A stretch of 64,000 bases of DNA from Phycisphaerales bacterium (GCA_027451365.1 DAIDJN010000054.1:1-64000); one strand, 5' to 3'. Shown: positions 20,415-31,267, numbered from the stretch's first letter. Numbers and translations: made by a program. The notes: generated by a model from the letters alone, not told the origin.

Positions 20415-20898
20415 GCGCCAAAAAGGTGTCTTTCAAAATCTCAATCGCTGGGTGTCCGGTGAAAAGTGGTCGTTGCGCATCTGCAACAGCCGCCGGACGA
20501 CTCCCTTTGAAACATCAGAAGTCTTATCGGCACGCTAGGAATATGAGTTTAGCTGTTATTTGATAAATACGGAACCGCCTCCGAAAAAACCACCATACGG
20601 AGCAATTCGCGCACCCGGACGACCGATAACCAAGCCCGGCAACATCTAAACTACAAAAGATTATAGCATTATAATGGTTATATAGCGAATCACCCCGATC
20701 ATGTGCGTTAAACGGGTGTGGCCGATAGAACCAGATTCTCCGTGCGGTCCGCTGCGAAACCCTTCCCTTTGCGAAAATTGCGGTCTATCTCGATGCGGCG
20801 GAACATTGCAGGCGGCCTTCGGCAGGTGGCCTCCGTTGTCCGCACCACGAAAGCCACATTCCGCGCCTGAATAAGCGTCGCATCGGTGACTGGGTTGG

Positions 20899-21687
20899 CT
20901 ATTTCCCTTGCGCTTTCAACTGCTTTTCGGGCAGCCGCCCGAGCAAACGCAGCAGGCCATCCAGAATTGTCAGCGGGTGGGGTGGACAACCGGGGATAAA
21001 GAGGTCTACCGGTAATATGGCGGACGCACCGTTCAGAACTTCGGGGTGGTTGATGTAGGGGCCGCCCGAAATGGCGCATGCCCCCACCGCAATAACGATT
21101 TTAGGTTCAGGCATGGCGTCCCAGGTCTTTCTGACCGCCAATTCCATGTTGCGGCTCAGCGCCCCGGTCATAAGCAGGGCATCGGCGTGACGCGGCGAGG
21201 CGACAAAGTCTATGCCGAATCGTTGCATATCCCAGCCGATGGTGCCCAACACGTTCACATCGGCTTCACACGCATTACAGCCGCCGGCGCTGACGACTCG
21301 AATTTTCAATGACCGTCCCAGCAGTTTCTTCAGACAGCCATCCAGTTCTCCGGCCGCCAGCAGCTTTTGTTGCGGTGTCAGCAACAGATGTTGCCGCTGC
21401 CGCGCCGCCAGAACATGGTCTTGCGTAAAACGAATCGCATCTTCCGGACAAGCATCCGCGCATGCGGTGCAGAAAAGGCAACGCCCCAGGTCCAGTTGCG
21501 GCCCGGCGGCCAAGTCTATGGCGTCGGTCGGACAGCTTTGGGCACAGGCGTGGCAGCCGGCAGCGCACTTTTCGGCATCAATCACGGGCAGCCCGCGAAA
21601 GCGCGGAGGCAACGGCGGCGGGGCGGCGTCCGGATAGCCAATGGTTTGATGACCCTGTGACAGTCTGGCAAGTAAAATATCGATCAT
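20899..21687 (-). CDS. Ehr/Hyf small subunit: 2x[4Fe-4S] ferredoxin fused to NuoB/HycG-like domain (EhrS)
   Basis: CAAGCHACAQSCP and CLFCTACADACP clusters; GGCNACE, SPRHAD, GACAISGG, PGCPP. Confidence 0.9.
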   Translation of the reverse strand: MIDILLARLSQGHQTIGYPDAAPPPLPPRFRGLPVIDAEKCAAGCHACAQSCPTDAIDLAAGPQLDLGRCLFCTACADACPEDAIRFTQDHVLAARQRQHLLLTPQQKLLAAGELDGCLKKLLGRSLKIRVVSAGGCNACEADVNVLGTIGWDMQRFGIDFVASPRHADALLMTGALSRNMELAVRKTWDAMPEPKIVIAVGACAISGGPYINHPEVLNGASAILPVDLFIPGCPPHPLTILDGLLRLLGRLPEKQLKAQGK

Positions 21688-21743
21688 AGTCGGGTTGTCC
21701 AGTTCGTACCTTTTGGAGAGCCGCCGGATGGGCGGCAACAGTT

Positions 21744-23288
21744 TTACAAATCATGTCCGCAGTAGGACAAATTAAAGCTTTTATTACAAAGCGGAAAATC
21801 AGAAATATCTTCGCCGCGAAGGGCCAGTCCCACCGCGGGCCAATTGTGAAATGAAGGATCCACCACTTTGTAACGAGCCAACCTTCCGGCGGAATCTGTA
21901 CAGGCGGTGTGGCAAATTTCACCCCGCCAGCCCTCCACCATTGAAACCGCAATACAATTGGGATGCAGCGCCCCGACCGGCGATCGAATGTCCCCCGTCG
22001 GCAGATTCCGCAGTTGTTCGGCAATGAATTCACTGGATCGTTGAACTTCCAGCCAGCGTACGAAGGCGCGCGCAAACACATCGCCGCTGTTCCATGTGGC
22101 GGTCGGTATATGGCTGAAACGGAACTGACCGGTCGGGTGATCCTGCCGCGCGTCGCGCGGCAAGCCGCAGGCCCGCGCCATCGGCCCGACCAGGCCAAGG
22201 TCAATTGCGGTCTGCTGTTCCAGGGTTCCAGTCTCTTCCAGGCGGGACATCACCGATGGAGAATTCCACAGCAGTTCCACCGCCTGCCGCGTCTGTTCGC
22301 CGCTGACGCCCAGACGGTTTTCCAGCCGTTGGATCAAGTCCATATCCACATCAAATTGCACACCACCCGGGCAGAGCAGGTCGCGACCGAAGCGATTGGA
22401 GCAGAGCATCGCGGTCATGTTCAAATATTCGCCGCGGAGCCGACCGCAATGGGACGCGGTCGGCAAAAATCCGACATCTCCACTGATTGCACCCAAATCG
22501 CCGACATGGTTGGCCAGCCGTTCAAGCTCCAATGCGATTGCGCGCAGGCCCTGTGCCCGTGCGGATTTCTGCGTGTGGGAGAGCGCTTCAAGAATCTGGC
22601 ACCAGGCGGTGGTATGGCCAATGGTGCTGTCTCCGCAAAGCGTCTGCGCATATTGCAGGCTGCGCTTATCCGGGCCGCCGATCAGCGCCCGTTCCACGCC
22701 GCGGTGCTGATACCCAAGGGAAATTTCAAGATTAAATATTTCCTCGCCATGGCATTGGAAGCGGAAATGGCCAGGCTCGATGACGCCTGCGTGCACCGGC
22801 CCGACCGCAACTTCGTGAACTTCGGACCCGCCCACCCGATAAAAATCCATCAGCCCGCATGGCGTGGGGGTGGCCGACCGACCGCTTTGCGGATACAGGC
22901 CGGAGGCAAACCGCACCGGCTTAAGCCATGGGTGGCCCTGTATCGGAATGCCGCATTGTTCAGCCATTTCGCGCTCAAATAACTGTACCTGTGGAAAATC
23001 GGCGGCCATTGACGGATAAAAGTCTTCAATTTGGCTTCGGACAATATGCAGAAGGGCGGTTGAATCATCCGCCAGTACGGCCAGCACGGTTCGCGGCATT
23101 GTGCGTTCCGTCTCTGGCCGCGCCGGGTCCGGCATTGCAAACAGACTAACCGTGCGCCAGCCGCGGACCATGGCGGCGGCCAGCAATTGCTGGAAAGTTC
23201 CCATAGCGTGCCGGGGAACCTTCTGGTAATCCATCGCCCGACCCGCATTCAGCGCCGCAAAGCCACTGGTTGAAACTGATTGGGTCAT
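21744..23288 (-). CDS. Ehr large subunit (HycE/NuoCD-like, lacking the NiFe-binding motifs) (EhrL)
   Basis: VGPVHAGVIEPGHFRF, LGYQHRG, LELERLANH, EGWRGE, DPSFHNW; L1 is TLCGDS and the C-terminus is NKSFNLSYCGHDL. Confidence 0.92.
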   Translation of the reverse strand: MTQSVSTSGFAALNAGRAMDYQKVPRHAMGTFQQLLAAAMVRGWRTVSLFAMPDPARPETERTMPRTVLAVLADDSTALLHIVRSQIEDFYPSMAADFPQVQLFEREMAEQCGIPIQGHPWLKPVRFASGLYPQSGRSATPTPCGLMDFYRVGGSEVHEVAVGPVHAGVIEPGHFRFQCHGEEIFNLEISLGYQHRGVERALIGGPDKRSLQYAQTLCGDSTIGHTTAWCQILEALSHTQKSARAQGLRAIALELERLANHVGDLGAISGDVGFLPTASHCGRLRGEYLNMTAMLCSNRFGRDLLCPGGVQFDVDMDLIQRLENRLGVSGEQTRQAVELLWNSPSVMSRLEETGTLEQQTAIDLGLVGPMARACGLPRDARQDHPTGQFRFSHIPTATWNSGDVFARAFVRWLEVQRSSEFIAEQLRNLPTGDIRSPVGALHPNCIAVSMVEGWRGEICHTACTDSAGRLARYKVVDPSFHNWPAVGLALRGEDISDFPLCNKSFNLSYCGHDL

Positions 23289-24721
23289 CGTTTGGCTCCC
23301 ATGAATGCCGCGGCCTGATGTAAAATTGCCGCCAGCGGTGGAGGAATAAACAGACCCAGCATCAGGACCAGCAGCAGCGTCAGCAAAATGGGCGCGGCGG
23401 TAAGAAACGTATCATGGTAACGCGTGCGTCGTGCGGCGCTGGAGGGGCGGCCCTGAACCACAGCCAGCACCGTGCGGCCCATTCCCAGGAAAATTATCAG
23501 CAGCAGAATCAGGAACGCCGCAGCCGCCCAATAGTGCCCGCCGGAAAATGCGCCGCCCAGAATCATGAATTCACTGACAAACGGTCCAAAGGGAGGCGAC
23601 CCGGTGACGGCAATAAATCCCAGGAGAAAAAGCATTCCCGAAAGCGGCAGACGACGCATGGCTCCGCTGATTTCCGGGGTGGTCTTTGCGCCAAAAGCGC
23701 GATGAATATTCCCCGCGGAAAGAAACAGCACACCCTTCGTGAAGGCGTTGTTGATGATATGCAGCAATGCGCCGAACAGGGCCGGCCCGCCAATGCCCAG
23801 CCCCAGGACAAGTATGCCCATGTTTTCCACGCTGGAATAGGCGAGCATGCGTTTAATATCTTTCTGGCCCACAACAAATAGCGCGGCAAACGTCATGGAA
23901 AGCAGCCCCATGAATATGAGAATGTGCGAGGTCCACAGGCCCTGTCCGGCCGCCCGAAGAATGTGGCCGGCGCGCATCACCATCAGAAAGGCGCAGCTTG
24001 TAAGTCCGCCCGACATCAATGCGCCAACGACGCCGGGCGCTTCGCCATACGCATCGGGCTTCCAGGTGTGCATGGGCGCAAGGCCCATTTTCGTGCCGTA
24101 GCCGACCAGCAGAAATATAAAGCCCCCTTGCAGCCAGGCCGCGTTCAGATGGGGCGCCTGCCGCACCAGCCCGTTGATTTCCAGCGTGGGCGTAATGCCC
24201 TGGCTGACCGCGGAATAGGCGACAAAAAATGAACCGAGCAGGGCCAAAGCGATGCCGACCGAACAGATCAGCAGAAATTTCCAGGTCGCTTCAATTGATC
24301 GCGGCGTCCGGTTGAAATAAATCAGCGGGGCGCAACTCAGCGTTGTTCCTTCCATGGCTATCCACATCACGCCCAGGTGGTCAGAGCAGGTCACCAGCGT
24401 CATGGCACCCAGAAACAGCGGCAGGCAGCAGCAGAACACGCGGTTGATGCGCTCGGTCCGGTACCGAAGATAGCCGACCGCATAAAATGAACAGACCAGA
24501 AAAAGACCGCTGATCACCAGAAGCACAATTTTTCCCGGCGGGTCAATCGCCAGGTAATGCCGCCAGTATCCGGTGTCCGATCCTTCCAGAATCGTCAATA
24601 CCAATCCGAAATGCGCCACACCCACCGCGGGCAAAATCAGCGGACGGTAGCGCTCGGACGGAATGATCACCGCAATACCCGCGCCCAACAGACAAACAAG
24701 CAATATGGCCAGATATATCAC
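23285..24721 (-). CDS. HyfF-like proton-conducting antiporter-like subunit (EhrD)
   Basis: EATWKF, GYGTKMGLAPMHTWKPDAY, KRMLAYSSVENMG, PPFGPFVSEF. Confidence 0.9.
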   Translation of the reverse strand: MIYLAILLVCLLGAGIAVIIPSERYRPLILPAVGVAHFGLVLTILEGSDTGYWRHYLAIDPPGKIVLLVISGLFLVCSFYAVGYLRYRTERINRVFCCCLPLFLGAMTLVTCSDHLGVMWIAMEGTTLSCAPLIYFNRTPRSIEATWKFLLICSVGIALALLGSFFVAYSAVSQGITPTLEINGLVRQAPHLNAAWLQGGFIFLLVGYGTKMGLAPMHTWKPDAYGEAPGVVGALMSGGLTSCAFLMVMRAGHILRAAGQGLWTSHILIFMGLLSMTFAALFVVGQKDIKRMLAYSSVENMGILVLGLGIGGPALFGALLHIINNAFTKGVLFLSAGNIHRAFGAKTTPEISGAMRRLPLSGMLFLLGFIAVTGSPPFGPFVSEFMILGGAFSGGHYWAAAAFLILLLIIFLGMGRTVLAVVQGRPSSAARRTRYHDTFLTAAPILLTLLLVLMLGLFIPPPLAAILHQAAAFMGAKR

Positions 24722-24724
24722 AGT

Positions 24725-25363
24725 CTATTCTTTCAGCGCCGCAAGCTGGCGCGTATCCAAAGAGGAAAACGTCCGGTTTATATGATGCAGAATAATACTG
24801 ATCACAAATATACCCACGAATAAATCCAACAGAATTCCCAGTTCCACCAGTGACGGAATCGCCGCCAGAAGCAACAGCCCGAAAACAAATATGCCGTTTT
24901 CCAGAAGCAGAAAGCCAATGGTTTGCGTAACCGCCTTGACCCGTGCGGTAAGAAGCAGAAATCCCGTAAAAATGGTGGATATTGACGTTGGTATCACCAG
25001 CAGCCCCAGCGGGTGCCGCGGGCCGGATAACCGCGCCGCCATCAGCAATGCGAACCCGGTGACCAGGGCACCCAGCAGAATGCTGGGCATGAAGCCGACA
25101 ATGGGTTCAACTTCCTTTTTTACATTCGCGTCGCGCAGTGCCTTGAGCAGCATGTAGGGTATAAGAAGCCCCTTCACGGCCACGGTAATTGCCGCCATAA
25201 ACAGGGGCACACCGCCGCGATCGTGCAATGCCAGTACGGGCAGAAGACCAAGCAGCACGCCCTGCAAAGCCGCCGCACGCACCAGAGAACTCATGCGCCC
25301 GGCTCCCAGAGCGTAGAGATTCATCAGAATCACGAGAACCAGAACTGCGTTAAGTATGAGCAT
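24725..25363 (-). CDS. HyfE-like membrane subunit (EhrC)
   Basis: KGLLIP, LLLENGI, VELGILLD, C-terminal LxxLKE. Confidence 0.88.
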   Translation of the reverse strand: MLILNAVLVLVILMNLYALGAGRMSSLVRAAALQGVLLGLLPVLALHDRGGVPLFMAAITVAVKGLLIPYMLLKALRDANVKKEVEPIVGFMPSILLGALVTGFALLMAARLSGPRHPLGLLVIPTSISTIFTGFLLLTARVKAVTQTIGFLLLENGIFVFGLLLLAAIPSLVELGILLDLFVGIFVISIILHHINRTFSSLDTRQLAALKE

Positions 25364-25378
25364 AAATATCCCAATGTA

Positions 25379-26356
25379 TCAGCCAACCAGCAGAAGAAAT
25401 CCAAACGCGCCAAGCAGGCTTGCGACCGCCAGTAAAGTTGGAACAGACTTCATGCGCAATCGCGCCATCGTGGATTCGACGATGCCAACGATGACCCCGG
25501 TTATGGGCAATCCGATAAGCATCAGGACCCAGAGTTGCGTGAATTCTCCGTTCAGGCCGCGGTCAAGCGGAACAAGAATATGAACAAGCAACGCCGCCAG
25601 AATCAGCATTTTCAGGCTTGAACCATATATTTGAGCCGCCAGTAAGGGGCCGCTGTTGTCCAGAATCATCACTTCGTGAATCATGGTCAGTTCCAGATGT
25701 GTGTTGGGATCATCCACCGGGATGCGGCCGCATTCGGCAATTAAAACCACAAACAGGCCCATGGCGGAAAGGACCATTGCGGCCATGGCCCGTGCCGAAA
25801 TAAGCCCATGGCCCGCGGGAAACAGAAGGATGGACAGGCTCAGGCCGGCCAGTGGACCGGAAAGCGCGGGGGCGGCGCCAGTTGCAATTGAACCGGCAAC
25901 TTTAACCAATACCAGAAGCACCAGAAAAAGGGCGGGTTCGGAAAAGACCGCAAATGCTATTTCCCGCGCCACACCCATCCCTTCAAACGAAGACCCTGTG
26001 TCCAGGGCCGCCAACGTGGTAAAAAAACGGGCCAGGGACAGCAGATAAACAAACAGTATCAGATCGCCGGTGAAATGTATGGGCGCGGCGCCCGGTCCCA
26101 GCGGCACAAGCAGGCCGGCCAGCAAGATTGCACCTAGTGTCAGCCACGGCGCGGTGACAAACAGCCAGGTTGTCGTGTTGCTTATGACCGGTTTCTTTGC
26201 CCAGAGTCGCCGAAGATCGTAATAGGTCTGCAAAACCGGCGGACCACGGCGACCCGCCAGCCACGCTTTTGTCCTGTTGATAATGCCGGGCAGCAGCGGA
26301 GGCGCAAGAATCAGCAGCAGAATTTCAAAGGCGATTGTGAGCAGATGGCTTAACAT
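25379..26356 (-). CDS. HyfC/HycD (NuoH-like) membrane subunit (EhrB)
   Basis: GRRGPP, LDTGSSFEGMG, ECGRIPVDDPNTHLELTMIHE, ESTMARLR. Confidence 0.9.
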   Translation of the reverse strand: MLSHLLTIAFEILLLILAPPLLPGIINRTKAWLAGRRGPPVLQTYYDLRRLWAKKPVISNTTTWLFVTAPWLTLGAILLAGLLVPLGPGAAPIHFTGDLILFVYLLSLARFFTTLAALDTGSSFEGMGVAREIAFAVFSEPALFLVLLVLVKVAGSIATGAAPALSGPLAGLSLSILLFPAGHGLISARAMAAMVLSAMGLFVVLIAECGRIPVDDPNTHLELTMIHEVMILDNSGPLLAAQIYGSSLKMLILAALLVHILVPLDRGLNGEFTQLWVLMLIGLPITGVIVGIVESTMARLRMKSVPTLLAVASLLGAFGFLLLVG

Positions 26357-26374
26357 AACCGGATTCCGTAAAAA

Positions 26375-28363
26375 TCAGCCCGCAAAAACCATACAGGTCA
26401 GAAGTATCAAAAGAATTAAAAATATATAAAGCACATACAAATGTACTTTCCCGCCCTGAATCGCGCGAGCCGCAACCGCAAAATCTCCGGCCCGGTTTGC
26501 GGCCGGTTCAATTAACTGATTCAGCAGCGGGTCGGGCGTGGCGCGGTCGAAGCGGGCAGGAGCGGGGAAAAGGCCGCGAATATCCGGTGTCTGCCGCCGT
26601 GACAGAATGATTCCCCGGAACAGTCGCGCGCCAATCTGCAACAGCGATGCGCCGGAATAGGCCATACGGCCATTCGGCATCGCGTAGCCGCAATCCCACG
26701 TTCCCGTGCGATTGGTAAAATTCCCGGTTCGGCGGCGCCATATTGTTGAAACCATCCAGGCTGCCACGCATAGCAGAAGCAGCGACAGTATGGGCAATGT
26801 GAAACTGCGCAGGGGCAGGATGGCTGTGATGGCCGGTAACCGCAGGTCCGGTTGCCAGGCGGCCAGCGCTGAACTTAATGCCGGCGTGACGAGGACCGGT
26901 ACGATGCCGATCAGCAGACATAACACACCCAGAATGGCCATTGGCACAAGCATGAATCCGGATGGATCATGCGCCCGGGCCGGTGCTGCGCCGCGCGGTT
27001 TGCCGGTAAAGCAGGTGGAAATCCACGTCGTGAAAACCGCCAATGCCAGGGCACCGGTCATGGCCAGCATCACCGCGACAACCGCGATCAGGGAGAGACT
27101 TGATTTTTCTACCGTTGTATGCAGAAGCCCCAGATAAATGATCCATTCGCTTACAAAACCATTGAGCGGAGGCAAACCTGTGATCGCCATTACCCCCAGC
27201 GTCATCAGAACAAAGGTGCGCGGCATCGGTTTGGCCAGGCCGCCGAGTGAATCCATCGTGCGCTGGCCGGTGGCATGAATAATACCTCCGGCCCCCATGA
27301 ACAACAGCGGTTTAAACAGGCTGTGATTCACCATGTGCAGCAATGCGCCGATCAGGCCGAGGGTTACCAGAATCGGCTGATGCAGGGTTAAACCCAGTTC
27401 CGCCAGCCCCAGCCCCACGGTCACAATACCCATATTTTCTATACTGCTGAACGCCATCATTTTTTTGAAGTCCTGCTGAGCCATGGCCCAGACGATTCCC
27501 AGAAATGCCGAAATGATTCCCAGTGCCATAAAGGTGATTCCCCACCATAACGGCGGCTGGGCGAACAGCCCTGCGATTCTTACCAGTCCGTAAACGCCCA
27601 TGGTGAGCATAACGCCGGAAAATAGCGCTGACACGTGACTGGGCGCAACTGCGTGTGCGCCGGGCAGCCAGACATGCAGCGGCACCAGACCCGCCTTTAG
27701 CCCGAAACCGGTCAATCCGAGAACAAACATTGCCGCTGCCAGACTGCCCGGTGTCCCGGATAAATGCACCGGCCATAAGACCAGTGAACCATGGATCAGA
27801 TGCAGCAGAATAAAAAAGGCAACCAGCGCCAGAGTGGCAATATGCGTCGCGATAAAATAAATCCAGCCAGCGTGCCGCGCTGCTGAATCGGAATCTTCGG
27901 TGGTTAAAAGAAAGTAGCCGGATATGGCCATGAATTCCCATCCGGCAAGAAATACCAGCACCTGTCCGGCCAGCACCACCAGGGCCATGCCGGCGGACAT
28001 CCAGCCCCAGAATATCCCAAGCTTTCGACCATTGGCCGGATTGCGCGTCTGCGGCCAGTAACCGATTCCATACGCCGATCCAAGTGCCGAAATCCCAAAA
28101 ATCGGCAATAAAAAAAGTGCGCCCAGGGCGTCCAAGGTAAAGGCGGGCCGCCCCAGTGGCGTCGACCATGGCAGCACAAGGTGCCATACCCGCCGCTCCC
28201 CAAGGCCATAAGCCGCCAATGTGCCCATCCCAATCGCGCATCCTGCTGTAAGCAAAATGGTCGTCAGAATTTGTCCGCGATTCGACCGCCGACGGAAAGC
28301 CATCGCCGGAAGGCCGCTGGCGGCGATCAACACAATTGAAAATAAAAGTATAATCAGGAGCAT
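26375..28363 (-). CDS. HyfB-like antiporter-like subunit (EhrA-2)
   Basis: KAGLVPLHVWLPGAH, FSSIENMG, GLPPLNGFVSEW, TWDCGY; probable start is the ATG at 28363. Confidence 0.9.
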   Translation of the reverse strand: MLLIILLFSIVLIAASGLPAMAFRRRSNRGQILTTILLTAGCAIGMGTLAAYGLGERRVWHLVLPWSTPLGRPAFTLDALGALFLLPIFGISALGSAYGIGYWPQTRNPANGRKLGIFWGWMSAGMALVVLAGQVLVFLAGWEFMAISGYFLLTTEDSDSAARHAGWIYFIATHIATLALVAFFILLHLIHGSLVLWPVHLSGTPGSLAAAMFVLGLTGFGLKAGLVPLHVWLPGAHAVAPSHVSALFSGVMLTMGVYGLVRIAGLFAQPPLWWGITFMALGIISAFLGIVWAMAQQDFKKMMAFSSIENMGIVTVGLGLAELGLTLHQPILVTLGLIGALLHMVNHSLFKPLLFMGAGGIIHATGQRTMDSLGGLAKPMPRTFVLMTLGVMAITGLPPLNGFVSEWIIYLGLLHTTVEKSSLSLIAVVAVMLAMTGALALAVFTTWISTCFTGKPRGAAPARAHDPSGFMLVPMAILGVLCLLIGIVPVLVTPALSSALAAWQPDLRLPAITAILPLRSFTLPILSLLLLCVAAWMVSTIWRRRTGNFTNRTGTWDCGYAMPNGRMAYSGASLLQIGARLFRGIILSRRQTPDIRGLFPAPARFDRATPDPLLNQLIEPAANRAGDFAVAARAIQGGKVHLYVLYIFLILLILLTCMVFAG

Positions 28364-28406
28364 AATATCATCTGCCTCGTGCAGTTCGGCCCTCGCGGCG
28401 GACACC

Positions 28407-30506
28407 TTAAAACAAAGCCTTAAATAAAAATCCAATCGGCAAATTGCACGCCAGCAATCCGATTAACGCGGCCAGCATATAAAGCAGGTAGTTTTGCCCG
28501 CTTCCCTGCTGCAACACCTTTCCCAGGTTCATCATCCGCCGTATCAATTGCCATGCGGGGATCAAAATGCCGCGCAAAACCGGATCGTCAGCTCGGGTGT
28601 GAAAGCTGTTTCCGACGGGAATCCAGCCCCGCGTGCCAAGCGTCTTTCTGCCTGCGCACCGCACGCTGGAAAGCGGGCCGACAGAGCGCAAAAGCAATTG
28701 CCCCAGCGAAGAAGCCGTGTATTGCATTCGCGCCGCGGGCCGGACGTATCCGCAGTCCCACGTGGGCACGGACCGGTGTTTTAAAAAGCGTTTCCCCATC
28801 CAGACGGCTGCCAGGATCACGCCAAGCAGGCTGATTGCCGCAGTTGTGATGACCCCAAAAGGAATAAGCCCGGTCAGATGTGGCAAGGCTGGTGGCAAAT
28901 GGTGGTACGCGGACGATACCGCCTGGCGTCGTGAATGCATAGGCCATACCCTCGGTGAAGCTAAAAGGAATTGTACGGGCGTCTGAGATCCGGCATGCGG
29001 AACCAGTTCGTCGGCGGTGCGCTGAAGGGGGCCGCAAAGCGCTGCCGGTAACAGACCTATCAGCAGACAAGCGGTGGCCAGTATCAGCATCGGAACCCAC
29101 ATGGTGGCCGCCGCCTCATGCACGGTTCTGCGGACATGCCGCCGCGCACCCAGAAAGGCTATGCCAAAAGCCTTGGTAAAGCAGGCCGCGGCCAGGGCGC
29201 CGGCCATGGCCAGAATGACGGCGCCAACCGCCAGAACCGGCATCGCCCCGAGTGTGTACAATAAACCAAGATATATAAACAATTCACTGATAAAGCCGTT
29301 CAGCGGTGGAAAGCCGCATATAGCGCAGGCCCCCGTTAAAAACAGAACCGCCGTAAGTGGCATGGCGCGCGCAAGTCCGCCCATCGTGTCAATATCCCGC
29401 GTATTTGCGGCGTGAATGGCGCTGCCGCCGGAAAGAAACAGAAGCGACTTAAACAGACTGTGATTCCAGACATGCAGCAGGCAGCCGGCCAGCCCCAGAA
29501 TGACCCAGACCGGGTGGTGGCTTGCCCGGCCGATCATCGCCAGCCCCAGCCCCATTAAAATAATGCCGATATTTTCCACGCTGTGATAAGCCAGCAGTTT
29601 CTTAAGGTCATGCTGGCCGATGGCCCACAGCACTCCCAGAAAGGTGCTCAGGAGTCCCAAAATCATCACAATAAGTCCCCAGCCCAGACGATGAGCCGGC
29701 AGTAAAAACAGGATACGAAGCAAACCAAAAATTCCCATTTTGATCATCACGCCGGAGAGTGTGGCCGAGACATGACTCGGGGCACCGGCGTGGGCGTCCG
29801 GAAGCCAGAAATGCAGCGGCATCATGCCGGCTTTCATGCCAAAGGCTGCCAGAGCCAGCAGAAATACTGTGCTTTGGGCTGCCACACTCGCTGAATGGGG
29901 ACCCCTTCCGTGCAATCCCACAAGATGCCAGGTGCCGGTAATCTGATGCAAATAAGCGAACATGCCGAACAACAGCAGCGTGCTGCCATGGGTTGCCACC
30001 AGATAAACCCATGCCGCCTGTCGAACGGCGGGCTTGTGATCTTCGGTTGCAATCAGAAAAAAAGCACTGATCGCCATTATTTCCCACGCCAGCAGGAAAC
30101 TCATCGCGCTGGCCGCAATCGTCAGAACCGTCATGCCGGCAATCAGCAGGCCGAACCAAGTGCGCAATCCCCTGGCGTTCCGCGGATGCCGCAATTGCGG
30201 CCAATAGCCGATACCGTAAATGGAGGCCAGCGCGCCGATAAGAAAAATGGGAACCAGAAAAAATGCCGCCAGCGGATCCAGCCGCAAGCACAACGTCATG
30301 ATCGGCAGCGTGGCATGGAATTCAAGCGGCGCGGCCGATTTGCCCAATAATATTCCGATTGCGCCAGTCAGGCCGATTGCCCCGGCCGCCATGGCGATCC
30401 CGGTGGAGAGCCACTGCCCCCATTTGGAGCGCCGGCCGGCCGCGAGGCCACAAACTCCACTGCAGGCGAACCCCGCAGCCGCCACGAGTGTCAATATCAA
30501 CCACAT
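28407..30506 (-). CDS. HyfB-like antiporter-like subunit (EhrA-1)
   Basis: KAGMMPLHFWLPDAH, KKLLAYHSVENIG, PPLNGFISE, TWDCGY. Confidence 0.9.
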   Translation of the reverse strand: MWLILTLVAAAGFACSGVCGLAAGRRSKWGQWLSTGIAMAAGAIGLTGAIGILLGKSAAPLEFHATLPIMTLCLRLDPLAAFFLVPIFLIGALASIYGIGYWPQLRHPRNARGLRTWFGLLIAGMTVLTIAASAMSFLLAWEIMAISAFFLIATEDHKPAVRQAAWVYLVATHGSTLLLFGMFAYLHQITGTWHLVGLHGRGPHSASVAAQSTVFLLALAAFGMKAGMMPLHFWLPDAHAGAPSHVSATLSGVMIKMGIFGLLRILFLLPAHRLGWGLIVMILGLLSTFLGVLWAIGQHDLKKLLAYHSVENIGIILMGLGLAMIGRASHHPVWVILGLAGCLLHVWNHSLFKSLLFLSGGSAIHAANTRDIDTMGGLARAMPLTAVLFLTGACAICGFPPLNGFISELFIYLGLLYTLGAMPVLAVGAVILAMAGALAAACFTKAFGIAFLGARRHVRRTVHEAAATMWVPMLILATACLLIGLLPAALCGPLQRTADELVPHAGSQTPVQFLLASPRVWPMHSRRQAVSSAYHHLPPALPHLTGLIPFGVITTAAISLLGVILAAVWMGKRFLKHRSVPTWDCGYVRPAARMQYTASSLGQLLLRSVGPLSSVRCAGRKTLGTRGWIPVGNSFHTRADDPVLRGILIPAWQLIRRMMNLGKVLQQGSGQNYLLYMLAALIGLLACNLPIGFLFKALF

Positions 30507-31267
30507 GGTGTTCCCTGGCTTTTTGGAGCCTCATCCGGTTTCGCGGCCTGCGCGGGGGCGGTCATCGGCTTGGCCGGAGGGCTTGCCGGCAACGGGTCGA
30601 TATTGGCTTCGATCTGGCGCAGCGAGCGTAATATATCGTCCCTTGATGCCTGCCCCTGAATGGCCGCCATGAAGACGGAATCCCGCAAGGCAAAAGCCAG
30701 CCGCGAAAGCAGTTGCAGATGAGCCCGCACGGTCGGACTGATCAATGTAAAAAGGATGTGGACCGGTTGTTTATCCAGCGATCCAAAATCAATTGGCGTT
30801 TCCAGGAAGCAAAGGGTGACCATCGGTTTGGCTACGTGCAGTACGATCGGGTTGCGTACGTGCGGAATCGCAATACCATTGCCTATGCCGGTGGAACCGA
30901 GTGCCTCGCGCGCCAGAAGCACCTGATATAAAAAATCGCGGTCCACTTCTTCGGGCAAGCGCATGACTTCCACAATCGAATGCAGTGCCTGGGCCTTGTC
31001 GGCACCACCTATGCGATAGTAGACGCCGCCATCGCGCAGGGCATCACCCAAAGTCGGTGGCGGAGATTCTGTCGTCTGGTCTTCCACAAAAATTTCTGGT
31101 GAAACCTGAATTTTGCGAGAGGTGGCCCATTCTAAAAGCTCCGCACGGTTGAAGCGGTACTGCTCGTTGATTTGATATGCCGGTATCGCCCCCTGTTTAA
31201 TCCAGCGATAAACGCTTTTTTCGGAAACATATAAAAGCCGAGCGGCATCGCGGACGGTCAACTTCAT
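30497..31267 (-). CDS. excisionase-like HTH domain fused to PTS IIA (Ntr/Fru-type) domain
   Basis: LTVRDAARLL..SEKSVYRWIKQGAIPA..RF HTH; REALGSTGIGNGIAIPH with the phospho-accepting His; overlaps the next gene by 10 nt. Confidence 0.9.
   Translation of the reverse strand: MKLTVRDAARLLYVSEKSVYRWIKQGAIPAYQINEQYRFNRAELLEWATSRKIQVSPEIFVEDQTTESPPPTLGDALRDGGVYYRIGGADKAQALHSIVEVMRLPEEVDRDFLYQVLLAREALGSTGIGNGIAIPHVRNPIVLHVAKPMVTLCFLETPIDFGSLDKQPVHILFTLISPTVRAHLQLLSRLAFALRDSVFMAAIQGQASRDDILRSLRQIEANIDPLPASPPAKPMTAPAQAAKPDEAPKSQGTPCG

Noticed and set aside
21744..23288. Group 4 [NiFe]-hydrogenase call
   Set aside because: Both CxxC metal-binding motifs are degenerate and no maturation genes are present, so it is called Ehr instead.
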